Of a DNA stretch of 64,000 bases, positions 1 through 37,200 are shown in pieces. Where the stretch lies: the NCBI RefSeq assembly GCF_964355755.1, contig NC_092678.1, forward strand, positions 2,434,422 to 2,498,421, given 5' to 3'. This stretch comes from Antedon mediterranea. Its lineage: Eukaryota; Animalia; Echinodermata. A program made the position numbers and the translations under genes. Positions within the stretch are counted from its first letter, which is position 1, and every line of letters starts with the position of its first letter. The notes under the pieces were generated by a model. The model made no database searches. It had not been told where the DNA came from and was given only the letters and a program-made list of their open reading frames with translations.

Positions 1-186
1 CCCAAATATGGTAGTAATATTTCCAAATATGGTAGTGATGTGACATCATGTCCATATATGGGCACATCACATTTTTTTGTCACATGAAATGCGATAGTGT
101 AAACAGAGCTAGGCTTACTCTAGGTTTACTAGACGACACTACAAAACAAGAACAATGGTTTAGGATCTGTACTGTTATGTATTTTA

Positions 187-21838
<21,652 letters not shown>

Positions 21839-21839
21839 T

Positions 21840-22030
21840 TTACTTCAGTTTTCTAGGGATTCCCCCTCGACTTCTCAACAAAATCCCACACACACACCAC
21901 ACCACCTTTTCGGTCTCTCTGCACAAAACATCGTCCGGGTCTACAAAAAAGACGTCATAACCAGGAAACCAATCGTGTACATCCATTTTATGTCATGTGA
22001 TCCGTAAATGATCTACGGTTTCCCATTGGT
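21840..22030 (-). promoter_or_regulatory. AHCYL 5'UTR and core promoter region
   Basis: CRE-like GACGTCA at 21951-21957, CCAAT at 21969, E-box GTCATGTGAT at 21992-22001 and ATTGG at 22025, directly upstream of the first ATG. Confidence 0.55.
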
Positions 22031-23079
22031 TGAAAGTGTGAAAGTGGAAAAATTATAAGAAACTGATGAATTGTAATTGCATGAGGTTTATACAATGAAA
22101 TTTGTTTAGTATATCTTATTACTTGTTTGTATTATGGAAGAGTAAACAAATTAACTTAACTTAATACTGTATCTGACACCTCAACAAAGTGCTGTGCTCT
22201 TCAATTATTATATCATTTCTTATCCTAAAATAATTATCATCTTTTTATCTTATCTTGAAGAAAATCCAGTATTTACAAAACTAAAAGCCATAAACTGTTC
22301 ATAACTTCACATAATTTCTTAAAGCATTGAACCCCTGATTAGCAATCATAGAGTAATAGCAATTTTACACTGAAAAGCAAGAGTAAAATACTTTATATCC
22401 TCACAACAAATAAGTGTATATATTAAAAATATTGAAAAACTCCCCCCCCCCCCCTCTATGAATACATGAATAAAGGTAAATTATTTTTTAAATACATTTT
22501 GAACACAACTCTAGTTATACATACTGTACTGTATATGGTTATTTCAGATCGGTGCAAGAAGTAAAGTACCATGTATGGATTTACGGTCAAACAGTACATT
22601 ACTCAACCTGTGAGTTATCACATATTTTTTTCGCGCCGCGGCTCTAGCCAGCTATGTCCCAGGAGGACACATTCATTAATAAGCTGTTTCATAGCGGTAG
22701 CTTTAGTATCTAAGGCTGACAGTTTTGTGAATTTGGAAACTCGACTATAATTTATAGGTAGCTGCTGGACCCAAAAAACGTCTGGGAGAAGAGAGTCTAT
22801 ATGAAAGCCTTTGTTGATAATACAGTATTATTGAGATGTAGACGGAAATCTGTAAAATCTTGTTTAATAAATAATAACTTCATTTTTGCTGTCAACCAGG
22901 CCGGTATTATAATAAGTCACTGTCAAATAATCATTCGATAATGGTCAAAACTTTATTTTGGCTCTGTCAACATAAAGGGAAGTATTTACAATGACTTTCT
23001 TTTTTATGACTGTCAATCTAGGCCAATGTTATAATTCAAAATGAAACTCCAACCTCTCTAATCAAAAGATTGAACTCGA

Positions 23080-24150
23080 AAACGGACCGTTTTTTTTTAA
23101 TTGGGTATGTTGAAACATTTCAATATTCATTTAAAAAAGTACATTAATTATGGTATTGATCAGTGGCTATAGAGGCGTAAAAACCCTCGGTCAATATCAT
23201 GTAAAATGCACTGTGGAAGGGTCATTATTAAGACTCCAAAATTGGGCTTATCAACAAATAAATACTTTCGTTCAAAATGTAAAATCAAGGCTGAAAAATT
23301 GGGCTTATCAACAACAAAATATTTTATTATTAGACGCGATAACATCAAGGATAATCAGTATAATTATTAATATAGCCACTGTTACTAGTTTTATTCTACA
23401 TGCTAAAGTAAATAAAAATCCACTAGAAAACAAGCAAGTCTGAATGTTATGCTTATTAGCCATTCTATGTTTGTTACTGTAGGCCTATGATTGTTTGCAA
23501 TGTCCACATATTATTTCTGTGGGCATATCTATAGTGTATCACTCACAAAAAAGACGTGTGAGGTTCTTTCTTTAGATTTTGAAGAATGATTTGTGTTACA
23601 GGTTCACACAAGAGTCAAATGCTCAAGATATCAGCTAACGCCATGGGACCCTTGGCTTATCAATGAATAATAAATACAGTACTACTTTCGTTCAATTGAA
23701 ATCGGAATCTGACCGTTTCATTAAATTGGGTGTGATTAGGCCTAAACATATAATAATTTATTAAAAAGGTACAATAAAAACAAATGCATCAGAGGCGTAA
23801 AGAACCCACGGTCAATATCATGTAAAATGTATATGGTATAAGCACTGTGGAAGGGGTCATTATTATTAAACTGGAAAATTCGGCTTATCAACAAATAAAT
23901 ACTTTCATTTAAAATGTAAAATAAGAATGCAAAATTGGGCTTATCAACAAATAAATACTTTCGTTCAAAATGTAAAATAAGACTGCACAATTGGGCTTAT
24001 CAACAAATAAAATACTTTTTTTCAAAATGTAAAATTAAGACTGGAAAATTGGGCTTATAAACAAATAAATACTTTTTTTCAAAATGTAAAATTAAGACTG
24101 GAAAATTGGGCTTATAAACAAATAAATACTTCCCTTCAAAATGTAAGAAA
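23080..24150. repeat. Duplicated block with internal tandem units of about 53-54 bp
   Basis: AAATTGGGCTTATCAACAAATAAATACTTTCGTTCAAAATGTAAAATAAGACTG repeated. Shared flanks at 23080-23330 and 23640-24150. Confidence 0.8.
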
Positions 24151-25241
24151 ACATTTTTTAAATATAATCCTTAAGCTTTGTCTATACTATCAAACTAAAT
24201 ATGATGTGCCCATATTATATAGACATGACGATGTCATATCACTACGATATTCGGGCATATCACTACCATATTTGGGCACATCACACTTTTTTTGTTAAAC
24301 TAGTTGGGACAGTGTAGACACAGAACTATGTGATCGAAACATAAGTCGGAATTGGACTGACGCGATTGATTTAATTGGGTATTTTTATTAATGTAATGAT
24401 TCATTAAAAACTATAATACCGATACGCGTTTGGTATTGATCAATGGTGCAAAAAACCCTGAGAAATAATGTTATAACGCGATTTGGTGATAGCTTAGCAA
24501 TAATACAACCCATATACTATTATTATAAATACCTATTACAAATCCATTCATATAACTTTGATCGCGAACCGAAAATGTATAAATGTTACTCTACAGACAG
24601 TAATTATATATTCAAAAGCCATATTATTATTATTATCAATACCTAAATGCGATAGTAATAACCACATACATTATTCCCAATACAAGTTTGTGCGTTTAAT
24701 TCTAGAAAGAAACGACTGTGCTGACAGGCCAATGACATAAATCACAAGTAAAGTCCCAATTGTTCACTTGCGTTTTGATTGGCCGACCTATTATATTAGA
24801 TTAATGAAGACTGTTCTTACAACTGCCCAGTCAAAAAGTTACGCGTCGTTTTTTGTAAGAAATATTTCTTGTTCAATATGACTATAAGCTTATGTCCCAA
24901 AATATTTCTATAATTCAATTTGTTTATTTATATAATTAAATAAAACATACAAATAAATCTAATTATATTTTCTTTTTATATAAAGCAGAATGAATGTGCA
25001 AGTAATAAAACATTTATATTTTAAAAAAACTTTTCATTGATTTTATCTATATATATATCAACACTGTAAAAATGGTCGTAGCCAGCAGTACGGTTGGTAA
25101 GGTTTAAACCTGACCACTTTTTCCCTGACCTTTGACAGCCCAGTGACTTGAACAAAAATTGTTCCCTTTTCTTGCGAAAACCAGACCACTTTATTTTTCG
25201 TGGCTTCATCTCTGTTAACAAATCTAATTATCCTAAGAATG

Positions 25242-28200
25242 TTAGTCTTTGTCCAGTATCGCTCTCAGTTCATCAGTTATATCGTTGTTGCCTTCAAACT
25301 CATCCTCTTCCAAAGTCTTTATTAACTAAAGAAATGAAAAGAATGTATAGTCATGAAAATAGAATTGGATAATGAATAACTAATTAGTACAGTAATTCTA
25401 AAAGCATTCAAAAAAAAAAAATTCAATTCAAAAAGACATTTATTTTCCTCCATAGCAATACAATACAAAATAATAAAAGTGAGAATATATCTCAATCTTA
25501 AGTATCACACTCAAAACATAACACAAAATGATGATATATGAAAAAGACAACAAGATAATACAAGAAACTCCTGCCTATCAATGTTGCATTTACACAGACG
25601 AGCGGTAACGGTAAGCGGAAAACTGCATGCTTGTCCTACTTAGAATCTATCCTGAGCAGATTTCTGCTCAACCGCACATTCACTCTGCGTTTTGTGTAAA
25701 TGGTCATAAGAAATAGCATAGATTCTATATTTTTGTTTTTGGCTTACGCTTACCATTTGTAAATTGGCCTTTATAAAAAAACTTTGACAAAGTTTAAGTA
25801 AGTTGTTTGGAAGTTATAATTGTAGCGGTGTTTAAAGAAAAGGAGACCTACCTCAGGGTAGTGTTCTTCGGCATATAAATGCAGGTGAGATAAGGTGCTT
25901 GACTTACTAAACAAACCACTGAAATTCTGTAAAAAAGAAAGAAAATATAAATAAATAAATTGACAAAACATAGTTATTAAGTATTGTTACTAGTATATTA
26001 TTATATACATATATTGAATGATGTGTGCCACCAATAAAAATGAGATTTTACTGAATGAATAAATAAAAAATAAAAAAAATACTATAGGAAGAAATTAAGA
26101 TAGTGATAGGTAAATTAAGATAGGGATAGGTAAATTAAGATAGTGATAGGTAAATTAAGATAGTGATAGGTAAATTAAGATAGTGATAGGTAAATTAAGA
26201 TAGTGATAGGTAAATTAAGATAGTGATAGGTAAATTAAGATAGTGATAGGTAAATTAAGATAGTGATAGGTAAATTAAGATAGTGATAGGTAAATTAAGA
26301 TAGTGATAGGTAAATTAAGATAGTGATAGGTAAATTAAGATAGTGATAGGTAAATTAAGATAGTGATAGGTAAATTAAGATAGTGATAGGTAAATTAAGA
26401 TAGTGATAGGTAAATTAAGATAGTGATAGGTAAATTCCAGAAGTTGTAACATAACAATCAAAACCATATAAATTTGACAACACAACATAACGTCAAGACT
26501 ATCTTAAATCTTACTTTTCTAAGGACTATATTAACAGAAGCATTTTATTGCTTTGACCTTACCTTGCCCGATTCTTCTAGTTCTTTGACAAGCTCGCTAC
26601 GGGTGAAGTCTGGCATGTCACGTACACTTGAATAAAACTGATCAACAAGTGGACGGTAATTTTCAATCTCTTTGGTATAAAGCAGACGGTTTACAGGAGA
26701 TTTCTGAAAAATGAAATGTTATATATTATAACACACCTGAGTGTATCTTTGTTATTTGATTGGCTAATTTCATATCACATTTCATTCAGTATCAAATAAA
26801 ATTCATGACTGGTAACTGTTGCTGTCTCATTTAAAAGCCTGGCATGATTCAGCATGAAATAATTGAATGAATAAATAAATAGAATGTCTGTTATAAAATA
26901 CCTTGGTAAATTTGATCTTCACAGCAGAACAAGAATCAAGGAACATACGAGAAATGATATCAAGAGCGACCTCTACCGACCTCATGGGAGCGATGTCGAA
27001 GATGAAATTGGGATGAGTGATTACTTGAACCCAGAACCGTGCAAGAAAACTGCAACAGAAATATCAAGATTCAAGATTTTTTCACTGATTTAATTTAATA
27101 ATAAACTAATACTATGTTTATAGGCCCAAGTATTTACCTGGGTATGTTAGCAATATTAGTGTGCCTCTTAAACCAACTTACCCGGATAACTAAGCATTAA
27201 CGGGCCCTATGTACCACTCAGTGGCATAGCACAGAGGCCCTCCCACACTGGATACTGAACGTTTTTAGATATTATATTTTGATATGTTTTAATGCCTGTT
27301 TTTTCTCTGTGCGCTGCTCAGGGGCCCCTGTGAGCTCTGAGGGTTTATCCAGAGAGCCATCATAGCCGTTACGCCACTCTGGTAATTCTAATATAAATGT
27401 CATATTCTAGCCCACCTGTTGTTCTTCCAGGTCTTCAGAATGCTTCCATCAACATCATGTGTTTTTCCTTCCTTGTCAAACAGGTCAAACAGGTACTTGA
27501 TAGCAAGGGGAACTTTGTGTGCATCGCTGGGAGGCTTCATAATAGCTTTAAACATATCATCCACATACTCCTCTATAGTATTCTAATTTATAGGAAGAAA
27601 AGAAAACATCAGAAACAATTTCATTATGAAATATGTAATAATAATAATATGTAATAGTACAATGCAAACAAATAGCATAGTGAAAAACTGATTCAAAATA
27701 ACAAGTGTCTTTATTTGGAGTCAGTTTTATACTATGCTATTTAAACATAATCAGTCCAACAAATAATCCAATAAAATTCTGGAATAATGGTGCAGAATTA
27801 CTACATGCATCCACAGAAAGCACTCACTACGAACACAATCCACCAGTTTTTAGAATAATTATGAACATTATTAGTAAATATGCACCATTAATGTAAATAT
27901 ATCCAGCAGATTATCTAAATGATAAGTACAACCAGTTGAAAAAGAACACAGACAAGGCAGCATCATGTCCATCAAAGATGGTCATGGGGCCAGACTAGTT
28001 TGATTTAAAAAGTGCGATGTGCCCAAATATGGTAGTGATATGCCCAAATATGGTAGTGATATGACATCATCATGTCCATTATTATATGGACACATCACAT
28101 TTTTTTGTCACATAAAGTTTTATTGTGTAGACAGAGCTTTAGGCTCACTACAGGTATATGGTAGATGGTAGGACAAAGAGAAGTCTTTACTGGTGTGCCA

Positions 28201-31200
28201 TCTCTCTTTTTATATAGCCATTATGTACCTTTGTGGCCACCAGTTTTGGAAAATTAATCTCTTTCACCATCTTTTTCCTCTTGTACTGTATAGTCTGCCC
28301 TCGTTTGAATTCTTTTGGAGCCGCAGATCTGTCTCTGGTTTCAAGAAAGTCATCTTCTTTTACCTAGTAAAAAATAACAATAGGTAGTTTTAGAGAATTT
28401 TTTTTAGGTGGTAATTTATTTGGTGATGTTCAAGCCATTATTAACACCTAATAAAATGTGAATGTGTGGCAGTGTGTGGACATTGGACTTCTGATCTGCT
28501 TTTGTGCTAAAGCTCTGTCTACACTATCAAACTTTGTGTGACAAAAAAATGTGATGGGCCCATATATGGACATGATGATGTCATATCACAACTATATATG
28601 AACATATCACTACCATATATGGGCACATCACATTTTTTGTCCCATAAAGTTTGATAGTGTAGATAGAGCTTTAGGCAAGACATTGAGAGCTTGTCTATGC
28701 GCTATATAAGAATGAACTATTATTATTATTCTTATTATTAAATATTGAATTATCAAATCTTACCAGATGATAATATGACATGCCTTCCTCTGTTTGGAAG
28801 TCAAACTGTTTGGTATTTTCTGTTGTCAGTACAACGTTTTGGTACCCTAAAGCGCAGAAAGAATTGATTAAAACATAATTAATATCACTGCAACTACTTA
28901 TATTTGCTCCAAGATTTTTTTACTACAAAAAGGAAACATAATAAAAAGAAAATACTGCATGCATTTACCAACCAGTGTGGTAGTAGGTCTGAAAACACAG
29001 ATTACTTGAAAATTGCAAACTAACAAAATCTCAAATTTTATATTGTAGAAAATTCCTAATTCCTAGGTCCGAAGCGCTTCATAAATCTTATTATCTTATC
29101 TTAATTGACTGTAATAGAAAAGAACTGTTAAAGGCACTGGGTTTTCAAATGTGAAAAAGTAGTCAGGTTGAAACCTTGCCCACCATACTCATGGTGGCTA
29201 CAGCCCTGTTAATACTGACATTATTACTCTGGCAAATATTTGAAAGTACCTTGTGATTTTGTACTGTTGTTACTAGTAGGACTAACTAGTTCAACTTGGA
29301 CATCACAATCGATATCACTCTTCCTCATAACCAGTGCCATTATTGATCGATCTGTTACCTGGTTAAAAAACAAAGCAATTTTATTTTAGTTATTAACCTC
29401 TTTTTTTTTAAATGATGTCCTATCCGAAGGACAAACAATGGGAGTAAAACATAAATGGCACAGGTCTTAAACCCATGCCTTCTCAAGCCTGATGCGGAAT
29501 TGATATGTGCAAACATTTTCTATCGTTAAATATCTACTTACACCAAAGTCCCCAAGAGTGTTTATTTTCTGCCAGCGACCCGAACGCTGTGATGTTGCAT
29601 CTTTATCGTGTAGTACCAAATGACCATTTTTGCCGTTTCTCCACTCTAATAGTTGTAATAAACAATTTATTATTTATACATTAAGTTGTGAAGTTAAAGT
29701 GTTGCCTGTTTTTTTCTGTATTAATGTTTTTATGTATGTTTTAATATAGACAAGCCGAGTCTCTCATTTTATATGTTACAATATTATATAACAAAGTTTA
29801 TCTATGTCTATAAATACTGTACTGCTAATAGTAAAAGGCCTTGATAAAGGCCTAGGATAATACAAGATAACATATGTGGATGTCTACAATCAATAAGTAT
29901 GACTACTTTGACTCAACACTGTTTCATAGTCTTTAGTGTCCCATCATGCAACTAAAACGTCTCGCAAAGCATAATTACCGAGGTCAACTTCGCTTATCAT
30001 TGGTCGGTCCGAATGGTTGGAATTCTTATACATTGCATCCAAAAACCTCATCTTTACTTGAGAGATGCTATCACATGTCAATACTTTGACCTCTATCTGT
30101 TCACCATCCTCATCACTTAGTACAACAACTAAAGTCTGAAAAAATGGATTTAGAATAATCAATGACCATTGGATAGCCACTCTGTTCAGTTTCATGGCAC
30201 AGAGAAAATTTCTGTCCAGTATCATAGGCAAATACAGTATCACATAATATATCACACAGCGTGCCTATTAATTTTAAGGTTAGTTTAGGCTTATGTCCTA
30301 TGATACATAAGTGACACTGTATTACAGGACAGGATACAGAACTTAGAGCCAGCTACTTATATTGTCAATATGATATATAGCTGTACAGCTTACAGTTTCT
30401 ACATCTGCTGTTTGGAAAAATTTTTTTTAATTTGAACTTACAATTTCCTTATAATCAATTCCTGATGGCAAAATATGATCAATGCTGAGGGAGTAAGTGG
30501 AATAATGTGAAACAGCATCTACTGGTCCCATCTTGATACGGCATTTGATTGCTTGGAAGAGTAGATAAAGAGGGAATGCTGCGTGGTACTGCAAAATAAA
30601 TACAAACATATCGTTCAAATAAATAAAGGTTTAGCTATAAATGATTGTGAAATTAATGTTCACCAAACAGGTATTTAGCTGTTAATGATATATATTATTT
30701 TCTGATCTTAAAATTTAGTCTTTACAATAAATGTTGTCTACCTAAAGAGAATGTTTAATTATAGAGCATCAACCTTATGGAATAATCTTCCTGTACATAT
30801 CCGTAAAAATTATGAGACATTTAGTCAAGTTGAATTTAAACATCTTGTATAACTTCTATTGTACATAGTTTTAATATAGCTTTTACTTTTATTTTTCTTG
30901 TATTTTTTTCCAAATCTGGACCTCTTGGGAGACCAGTACTTGTGTATTGAAAGAGCTATTCCAGAATAAAGAAAGATTTGTATTGTATTGTATTGTATTG
31001 TACCTTTAGATAGTTGTACATAGATAATGCTATCCAGTTGGATAACAGTTTCTCAGTCACTGTCTCATTTCTGAAAAAAGTTGAAAATACACAAAATATT
31101 TATTTTCAGGAATTTTTGTGTAAGGTATACTGCTATCATTACAGTTCACGATCAAATACAATGCCACACGCATTGGCTACGAAGGATTATATGTGGGAAC

Positions 31201-34200
31201 GGAGCAGTAATAGCTGTACTGTATGACAAAAATCTTATGAATGATAGATTTGTCTGTAGTACTCACAACACGACCAAAGCCACCAAAGAAAAAATGGGGC
31301 TTTTGTGTTATTTACATCTTTATGGAATACTGTGAAAAACTAATTTCTTTGTATCTTACTACAGTATTACAAACAAAAGGCAGTTTGTATAAAATATAAA
31401 TATCATCATCTATCCTCATGATAAATTTAAGGTTATAATAAGAAAGCGTTCACAAAAAAATGCTTTATTTATAATAACATTATTTTACATCTTGAAAAGG
31501 TGGTAAAAGTATCACAAAATGCAAGCAGTTCTATAAATTTACCTGATTAAAACTTGTTTTGCTTTCTTGGAGTAAACATGATCTTCAATATACTCTTTCA
31601 GAAGAATCTCAAGTATTCTTTAAAAAAAACATATAAATCGATTAGTTTAAAAATAAATAACATTGCAGGCTTATTCATGATTTTATCTGAATTTTCAGTT
31701 TACTTACTCAGTCATATACTCCATCTTGTTCTCAATAATCATTGCAACGGTGAGTAAGGAGGCAAAATTACCCCTGTAATTTAACAAAAAAGTAATTAAA
31801 ACACATAGTTAACTAAAATCTAGTTACAAATATATTTGCATATTCAAAGGATCTTTGATATCCCTTTGAATCAGAATCAGATAAGGTACATTAGTTCTTA
31901 CTTTTCTCGGATTGTCATTTTTCTGTTATTGTTCATCATTCTTATGAACGCAAGTAAAAACTGCTTGTCTAACAACAACTTTGAGAATTTCAAAAGTGCG
32001 CTCGTTTTAACTTCATCTTCATCCTGGAATAAACAAAAATATTTATATAACAACATTTTTTGTGTCTTTAAAACAAATATTGACGGCATTGTATATCTTA
32101 TTATCTTAGTGAGGGCAGGTGGCGCAGTGTGTTGGACGTTGGATAACTGATCGCAAAGTTCAAATCCAACTCTCGCCGCATTGCTTGTATCATTAGGCAA
32201 GACAATTTACTAACAATTAAATGCATCATATTGTTCTGGATATAAACATGTGCTCTACTAAGTCCATCATTTTTTGTGCCGAATTTTGAAAGTTCGCTAA
32301 TGTCACCTACCCGTACATCAATTTCAAAAGAGTCGGGTACAATTTCAAAGCCGGTGAACAGCATACTACAAGCATAGTCACGATGGCTAAGAAATGGCAT
32401 GCCAGCTCCCTTCAAATTGTCAGTAATGTCAGTCAAGCCGAGGGCTAGATCTGCTATGGCTGAAAATAAATAAAAGAAATGCTTTATTTAATGTGTATAC
32501 CTGTACCATCACATTTTCACACACAAAACATTTTAAAATGTATTTATTGTAAAACGGAAAAAAGATATCAAGTACATACCTTCTCTGGCTTCTTCTTGCA
32601 CTGCCATCTCTAATTCTTCCATCTCAAGACGAATGTTTTTAACTTCGCTTTTAATCCTGTGTGACTTGCGAAGATACCTAATAGTCAGAATAGCTATAAT
32701 GATGATGAACACCACTACCGTACAAGCAATGATTATTGAAAGCAAATTTACTTTATTGGTAAGGTATCTAATCTCTCCAAACTGTACGTGAATATTATTA
32801 TGATCTGCCTGTGAAACAAAAAAAAATACTATTATTTATAACAATTTAATATGAATATGAACAGTATGTACAGTGTTTTAAAAAAAAGAATGATTAAATG
32901 GGGTCTCAGGAAGCCGGGAAGGTTTGTCTTAAGAGACTTCTTTTTCAGTTGAAAAAAATTGGACCAGTTGAAAACCAATTGGCCCAGTTATAAACCTATT
33001 GCACCAGTTGAAAACCAATTGACCAGTTAAAAAACAATTGGACTAGTTGAAAACCAATTGGACCAGTTAAAAAACAATTGGGCCAGTTGAAAAACAATTG
33101 GGCCAGTTAAAAACAATTGGACCAGTTAAAAACTTATACTATGTATGCAAGGTTTAATGTACAGTTTCAGCTGCTCTGTTGGATAGGAATTTAAAATATA
33201 ATTTGATGTTCATAAGGAATAACATAGATTCTATATTTATATTACCGTTATCATTCATATGTGTAAATTGGCCTTAATACTCTTACCGTGACCATGGTAG
33301 AATCAAGCCTTTCTTTAGGGAGAGCAACCCTGACATATGTTTTACCAAGTTCTTCGACCTTCAACTTGGTGTCGCCTACAAAAACGGTAACATCGCTTTT
33401 ATCACTAGCCAATTCTAAATCAACACCCTGGGAACATTGCATTGAGAAAATAAAAAATTAATAAGTCAAATAGGCATACTGTATGAAACTTTGACTTGTT
33501 TATTTGTATTCTTTATAAATCCAAAAGAAAGTTACTGGAAAATGACAACGCTGTGAGTATCAGTGGCTGGATTTCAGTGGAGATGCAAATGTATTCTTCA
33601 AATCTTTAGTTAATTAAGTTTAAGAATAAATCGATCATTTGAAACGTCATTACTTTTATGTTTACTTTATACTTACAAATAGTAAAATATGTGTTTGATC
33701 TGACAATGTGTAAAAGCCATCATCATCTACAAGAGTATAAGAAAAATTCGTAAAAATATAGTATACGGGATCAGGAAAAAATGTAACACCACCAGTATCA
33801 GCACCAGAAACGAAAAAACCATCTAAGACGAATTTAACACTTGCTTCCTTCCCTCTATTGTCCGCTTGTCGTTTTCTGCGAGATGCGTTGAACTCAACAG
33901 CGGGAGAACTACATATCATTGATACTTGTGTTTTGTCTGTGCAATTCTGTTTAAGAGAAAATCAATATTATCATAGACTTCTTAAAAAACCGGAAACAAC
34001 AAACAACAAGAAGATTGATTCAGAACACCTAATTGCAGACAATGTAACTTTACATAAATCATATCTCATATAATCAATGGCGTAATGACTATGAGCGCTC
34101 ACTGGCTAAACCCATGGGCCCAGAGCTTATGGGGCCCCTGAGCAATGCCCAGAGGAAAACAGGCATTAAAATATGTCGAAAAAGGCCTTTAGGATTAAAG

Positions 34201-37200
34201 GGTGACTTTAGGATTCCTAAACCAGGGGCCTCTAGCCTCTGTGTTATGCCACTGCATGTAATCATCTATATAAACTGCAATCCCTCTATCCTTCTAGTTA
34301 GATTATGATGTTTGCATGTTATTGCTGTCCAATCATATAGTGACATTTCTTTTCATCAGTGGTGACTGTATGAACTCATCAGACAAAAATGGAGATCTAC
34401 ATCTACAATCCAAGAAGGAGTTGTTGATCATTTTGAGATACAACAAAAGGAAAATCACAAGGAGAGGAGAAATGCCAGGGCACCTTGTATCAGTTCAGTA
34501 CTTAATGATACTGATGAGAAATGCCAGGGCACCTTGTATCAGTTCAGTACTTAATGATACTGATGAGAAATGCCAGGGCACCTTGTATCAGTTCAGTACT
34601 TAATGATACTGATGAGAAATGCCAGGGCACCTTGTATCAGTTCAGTACTTAATGATACTGATGAGAAATGCCAGGGCACCTTGTATCAGTTCAGTACTTA
34701 ATGATACTGATGAGAAATGCCAGGGCACCTTGTATCAGTTCAGTACTTAATGATACTGATGAGAAATGCCAGGGCACCTTGTATCAGTTCAGTACTTAAT
34801 GATACTGATGAGAAATGCCAGGGCACCTTGTATCAGTTCAGTACTTAATGATACTGATGAGCTTATGTAATATACTCACTGACTCAAAAATCTGGTTGTC
34901 TTTAAATTCTACTCTCATTTTGGCATCTTGTACATACTGAAAGTTACTACCATTCACTCTTACAATACGACCACCACTGTATCATTAATAGAAATTCAAA
35001 TATCATTTTTTAAATTATAAAATCATATTTTATACCGTTTTTAAAATGTATAATAGCCTGTTTAACACCAGATTCAGAAATAGAAATTAATAAAATGTCT
35101 TACGCTTTTATGCTTGTTTTAGGGTTATAATCATAAATGGTTGGATTTGGCTGGTAGAAATACTTGACCGAAGAATTATACACAACGTTTCCAAATTTGA
35201 CCATAATTGTGCCACTACCATTGACTTTAGTTCCAGTTTTACATTCAATTTCGTTGCTATCTTTTCTACATAGTTTGTAAAAATAAAAAGAGCATAAATT
35301 TTCATCTTGCAAATAATTAACATTTAGATATTGACAACCATGCAAATTAAGCAACATAACTAAGAATACAGAAAAAAACAAAAACATTTCAAAAGTTTTA
35401 TAAAGCTCTGTTTACACTATCAAATTTTATGCGGACATGATGATGTCATATTAGTACCATATTTGGGCATATCACTACCATATTTGGGCACATCACACTA
35501 GTTTGATAGTTTAAACAGAGCTTTAGACCATTTAACATACCTTATAATATCACAGTCAGCTTTATCAATACTGACAGATGTGGAACTAAAGTAAAGGTTG
35601 TTGCCTCTAATCTTGATCACAGTACCTCCAGCCTCAATGCCTTCTGATGGTTGTACACTAGAAAATGTTGGTGTCTATAACCAATAAATGAGATGGTTTA
35701 GTGAAGGCAAAGGCAGATGTTGTAATGAGAAAGTTTGAAATAGTAATAGGGGTAAGGAGAATCAGAATAGTTTAATAGGGGTAAGGAAAACCATTTTATG
35801 TTTCTATTTTTAGCAAATTCTAGAAGATTAGATTGATTCAATTTTTTATTATCTACTGATGATAGACTTACTGTGTTTACTAAAGAAATACTCATACCAG
35901 AATAGGTACCTCTGACCTGACCCCTCAACCTACTCCATTAGTTACAATTCCGGTCATTTTTATACTCCAAAGTGAGGGCATTTAAATGCCAATTTGGCTG
36001 CTAAAGTGTATCCAAGATGGCGGATAATGTTCACATTACATTGCAGTAATTTTGATGACTTGAGTATAATTTTCATTATAAACTTAGAATATAAGTTCAT
36101 TTTCCAGAACAAACAACATTCAACAAAAATATATTACTGAGAAGTAGATACTACTATCATTTTGAATAGGATTTCAAAATGATAGTTTCAATTTTAAAAT
36201 TCTGAGATGGTTACCTGATATTTAAGATTTCCAATAATTGTTGAATGACCATTTATCATCACTTTAATGCTTTGAGAACCAGCATTAGGAAAACTTGGAG
36301 CCTCACAACAAATCCTATTTAAAAGAAAAATGTGGTTGCACACTTGATTGAGGATGACAACCTACAATTTTTAGTAATAAAATTAGAGAAACTAAAGATT
36401 GACTGAGCATTGTAGAAGTACATTTCTGATTATTTTAATCATTTGTCATTTACTAGATTTTTTTCTGGATTTTTTCAGAGTATAATATTTAATATACCAT
36501 TATAACATTAAGCAATACATAAAATGCATATAAACTAGTTTGACAAAAAAAGTGTGATGTGCCCAAATATGGTAAAGATATGCTTAAATATGTAGTGATA
36601 TGACATCATCATGTCCATATATGGGCACATCACATCTCAAACATGATAGTGATATGCTCAAATATGGTATTAATATAACATCATTATGTCCATATATGGG
36701 CACATCACATTTTTGTCACATAAAGTTTGATAGTGTAGACAGATCTTTTTTAAAGTAGTAGTATTTAGTAGCCAATAACCATATTTTGACATAAACTTAT
36801 TAAAGAGGATATTCAAGATGGTATTAGACACCGTACACAATGCTGCATTGTGTTTACTTTTTAGTGTTTCCTTGTAGGTGTTAATAACTTCCTGTATATT
36901 AATATAAACCAAGGTTACCACGTTCTTCTATGATTTAAGGCAATTGAAACAGGTAATCAGGGTTTTAATGTTTTTACTATTTTAAATTGCTATTAAATTG
37001 AACTTTATCAGATTATGATGGTATAATGCAAGATGTTTCTATGTTAAGCAGGAGAGTGATAGTTCAAATCTTGATTGGAGTGACTTTTTTACCATCATAG
37101 ATTTATCCCTTTGAGTTAATATTAAATTGAACGTCATTGGACTATGATGTTCTAATGTAGTAGTAGTGTCTCTATGTTAAGTTGGAGAATATTAGTTCGA

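Noticed and set aside
28969-28988. Possible 20-nt plexin microexon (ttttcag|..|gtaaat)
   Set aside because: The flanking exons already join in phase 1. Including 20 nt shifts the frame into a stop, so it could only be a poison exon, and nothing supports that.
34467-34861. CRISPR-like regular repeat arrays (also 9727-9992 and 26092-26436)
   Set aside because: The units are head-to-tail with no unique spacers, there are no cas genes, and the context is eukaryotic introns. They are minisatellites.
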